A stretch of 64,000 nucleotides of DNA from the human T2T-CHM13v2.0 reference genome, Homo sapiens. Shown piece by piece: positions 59,842-64,000 of the stretch (the stretch's first letter is position 1; the number at the start of each line of letters is the position of its first letter). Under the pieces are notes generated by a model, which saw only the letters and a program-made list of their open reading frames with translations, was not told where the DNA came from and made no database searches. Made by a program: the position numbers and the translations under genes. Location of the stretch: the NCBI RefSeq assembly GCF_009914755.1, contig NC_060925.1; one strand, 5' to 3'.

Positions 59842-60162
59842 GTAGTTCAGCCTTAACGGTACTTTCACTTTCCACAGTTTCAGTTACCTAAAGTCAACTT
59901 AAGTCAAAAAATATTAAATGAAAATTCCAAAAATAAACAATTTATAAGTTTTAAATTGTATGCCATTATGAGTAGCATAATGACATCTTGTGCCATCTCA
60001 CTCCTTCCCACCTGGGACATGAATCATCCCTTTGTCCAGAGTATCCATACTGTCTGCACTATCCACCCATTACTCACTTAGCAGCCATCTGAGTTACCAG
60101 ATCGAAAAAGCACAGTATATGTAGGGATCCGTACTCTCCGTGGTTTCAGGCATCCACTGGAG
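59842..60162. mobile_element. MER44A-like (TcMar-Tigger) DNA transposon
   Basis: gtttcagttacc...aaatattaaatgaaaattcca...gaatcatccctttgtccag...gtggtttcaggcatccactgg. Confidence 0.8.
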
Positions 60163-60651
60163 ACTACCGTAAGATACAGTGTGGTGGGAGAATTGATTTC
60201 GCACCCCAATTCTATCAGATGGAGAGGCTGGATCAAAGTCCCTCCAAGTCCTGGCAGCTTTCCCCGACCCACGCTATTTTTAAATGATTCCTGCTTAGTT
60301 GCTGAAGGATAGCAACGTGGACCTCCTTTGTTACTGTGTCTCTCTGATAGAAGGGAGTGGGTAAGCCAGAACTGGAGGCAGGGTTGTCAGTTCCTCCTGA
60401 AACAGTATCATCAATACTACTGTACTGTGGGAAACGGGAAGGGTGTCTAACCAATTTGCAGGGAGGGGTAAAGAGGATGTAAGAGAAGGCTTCCAGGAGA
60501 AAGGAGGAATTAGCCAGGTAAGAGGAACAGAGAAGGGAAAGGGAGTTCCAGGTAGAAGGAACTTGTGCAACCAAAGGCTCAGAGGGAAGGAAGGGAGCCA
60601 CAAGAAGGTTGGAATGGGGAATACGAGGGGGAAATGTTAAGAGATAAAGAG

Positions 60652-60943
60652 GGCCAGGTGAGGTGGCTCATGCCTGTAAACCCTGCACTTTAAGAGGCCA
60701 AAGTGGGTGGATTGCTTGACCCCAAGAGTTCGAGACCAGCTTGGGCAACATGGCAGAACCCTGTATCTACCAAAACAAAAACAAATACAAACATTGCCTG
60801 GGGCATGGTGGCACACATCTGTAGTCTCAGCTACTCGGGAGGCTGAGGTGGGAGGATCCCCTGAAGCTGGAAATGTCGAGGCTGCAGTGAGCCATGGTTG
60901 TACCACTGTTTTCCAGCCTGGGCAACAGAGTGAGACTCAGTCT

Positions 60944-60974
<31 letters not shown>
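60652..60974 (+). mobile_element. AluJ with (CA)n tail
   Basis: TSD gagataaagag. Confidence 0.88.
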
Positions 60975-62088
60975 GAGATAAAGAGGGAACATGTTAGAGA
61001 AGCTGGTAGGGACAGATCATATATAGCGTTGCCAGCCATGTTTGGATTCCCCTGAGGGTAACAGGTATCCACAGAAGACTTCTAGCAAGGGAGTGACAGG
61101 ACCGGACTTGTTCGGTGAACATTGAGAAACCCTACTCCAAATCCAAGACAGAGGAACACAAAGGGCTGCCACAGTGAGGCCTCAGAGAACCCTTCCGAGT
61201 TAGCCAGCTCCAAACTGGGAAAACTGAGGTAGGCAGCTTTTGTTGGGTGCCTCACACCCGCTTTTTTTGCTCCGTCTCTGCAGTTGCTCTTTTCCCCTAG
61301 GCTGCCCACTAGCTGCCCAGGATCCCCAAGGCAGTATCTTCACCCAGGACTCTGCTCGCTGACCTGCAACAAGCTCCCATCCTCTCAGCCTACTTCCTCG
61401 CAACCCACTCACTCAGGGAGGATGTAACAAGCACTTACCATGGGTAAGGCAGGGTGCTAGGTCCCGTGGGGAGAAAAATGCAAATACGCAATGGTCTCTG
61501 CCCTATAAGATCAGGCCCCATAGCATAGTCAGGGTCCTCACTGACCTGTTTTCTGCTAAGGATTGCTACTAAAAGGGCAAAGCCCAAACATTAGGCTATC
61601 TTAGGTATTTACCTGTGTCCTGGTTTTGATTCCATCACTTATCTTCTCTGGGGCTGTTTCCTTATATAGAAAATAAAAGGGTTAGCCTGGCTGGCTGTTT
61701 TCCAGTCAGGGCTTCTTGAGCACTTCAGTCCTCAGAGGCAGTGCCCAAGAGCATTCTTGGTAGTAAGGGTTAACACATATCCAAAGGTGGCAGGGCTTCA
61801 CACCATCACTCCATAACGAAAGTTTTTATGTTGATTTGTTTTTGCGTTAGCTTCTGGCAGGAGTTACTTGGTGCAGTAACACTGCCTATTTCCTGCTGAT
61901 CAGAATTTCTAGGTGGCAGCCATATAGATCTGATTAATAAAAAAGGCAAATTATTATTTTTTAAAAATCATGTTCATTAGACAAAAATATTTCAAAACAT
62001 GAGGGACAAGGTGATGAAAAAATCAGGAATTATTAAGTTAACAGATAGCTGAAGCTCCCCTCCAACTCTAAAAATCCCACGATTCTAA

Positions 62089-62470
<382 letters not shown>

Positions 62471-62976
62471 TAATCTAATGATAAGATCAATTGTAAAAAT
62501 GCATGAATAAATTTGGAGAGATCAGAATTTCAAGATCACTTGTTGAATGACATTGATGACCTTCCTAAAGGGTTGACCCAGTGGCCCTCCTCCCCTAGGC
62601 CTGGGATCACTTCAGCCTCAGAAACACCTGCCACTGTTTTAGAAACTTAATTGGCAATACACTTTGGCGGTGCCTTCAATGACATGGAAGCAGGGAGCGC
62701 CCCCATCACAGACCTTGCCCTCAGAAGGTTTTAGGGAACCCAACACTTTGAGGAGAGTCTTCTTAGATGTTTTCCTCCAAGACTGCAGCTCCTCACCCTT
62801 CCTTTCCACTGGTTTTAAATCTAATACCATAGGCAGGTTGAACCAAGGAGAGCACACCCAGACAAGCCCCTTTCCTCTGCCTCCCTCAGGGTCTCTACTT
62901 AGCTCTATCATTGTTGTTAGACCTGACCTACACTTCAGGGTTGGCTTGGCAGAGGCTTTTTGGGGAGCAGGGATAG

Positions 62977-63800
62977 TGTAAGAGGCAAAAAAAAACAAAA
63001 AACAAAAAACAAAAACAAAAACCCACACTCAACACACAACATTTCTGTGACCAGATGCAGTGGTGAGGGGCCCTGGGGGGTAAGTTCCTCAGACACCAAG
63101 CGATTCTCCAGTGGACATTGGCTAAGCATTCTATAATTCAATTCGATTCTGATTCTGACACTAGCTACCTGGAGGTAGTGTCAGATTCCATGGGGTAAGG
63201 GCTTGATCCCACTAGACTGCTCCTCTTCAGATGCCAATTGCAAGTAGTAGATTTCACCTATACTTCTTAGCAGCTATAAACTGGGGCTCCCACTACCCCC
63301 TCCTTTGGTCTGATTAATTTGCTGAGAAGGCTCACAGACCTCAAGGAAACATTTACCAGTTTATTATAAAGGATAGTACAAAGGGTACAAATGAACAGCC
63401 AGATGAAGAGATGGATAGGGCAAGGTGTCAGGGGTGCAGAGCTTCCATAACCTTTCTGGGCAAGACACCCTCCTGGCATCTCCACATGTTCAACAACCCT
63501 GAAGCTCATCAACTCTTGTTGTTCGAGCGTTTATAGAGTTTGATGTCCAGCTCCTCCCCTCCCCCTTTCCTGGAGGTTGAAGGGTGGGGATGAAAGTTCC
63601 AATCCTCCAATCACTTGGTCTCTCTGGTGACTGGCCCCATCCTAAGGTTATCTAGGGCCCCCATCCTAAATCACCTCCTTATTATAAACTCAGGTGTTAT
63701 CAAAGAGACCCATTACGTATAACCCAGGAAATTCAAGGGTTTTAGGGGCTGTGTCAGGAACCAGGGACAAAGCCCAAATATATTTCATATTATAAATAAA
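62977..63800 (-). mobile_element. MER21-family solo LTR
   Basis: attcaattcgattctgacact..ctacctggag..agtgtcagat, gattaatttgct..gctcacaga.ctca.ggaaac, gatgaagagatg are MER21 hallmarks as I recall them. Confidence 0.75.
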
Positions 63801-64000
63801 TAATATGATAGTTAGCTATGTCACACCCTCATCTCAGGAGTCCATGACGGCGGTATAAGATCAAGAAGGTCTTAGCACATCTAGCTTCGAGAAGGCATTG
63901 GAAGTGAGGCTTTAAAGTTTCTGCAGAGTGGAAGGATTGGGGGTGGGGGTGGGGGAGGAGATCACCTGTTCCCAAATCCTTCAAATAATCTCTTGTTATC

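Overview
Human (hominid) genomic DNA. It contains coding exons 2-22 and the ~3.8 kb 3' UTR of ELAPOR1 (KIAA1324/EIG121/'inceptor') on the + strand. Exon 1, which encodes the signal peptide, lies upstream of the window. The 21 exons I located all have GT-AG boundaries with consistent phases and splice into one uninterrupted frame of 2,889 nt (codons 52-1013 plus stop, numbered against the full-length protein as I recall it). The product has a Cys-rich luminal region, an M6P-receptor-like region, a TM helix and a YKYSKL sorting tail. The introns carry about 50 Alus (many with visible TSDs), MIR/L2/L1 relics, DNA-transposon fossils and a 5'-truncated antisense SVA with a perfect 15-bp TSD. A MER21-type LTR lies downstream. 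I see no new multi-gene system. The best leads are: an SVA truncation point that coincides with 9 nt of complementarity to its own target site; a dual-frame last exon giving two C-termini; inverted Alu pairs in the 3' UTR and around exons 4-7; a possible secreted isoform from exon-7 read-through; candidate cryptic exons; an old ~100-bp local duplication; and a perfect 28-bp palindrome. Repeat subfamily calls and repeat end-points are by eye and approximate.
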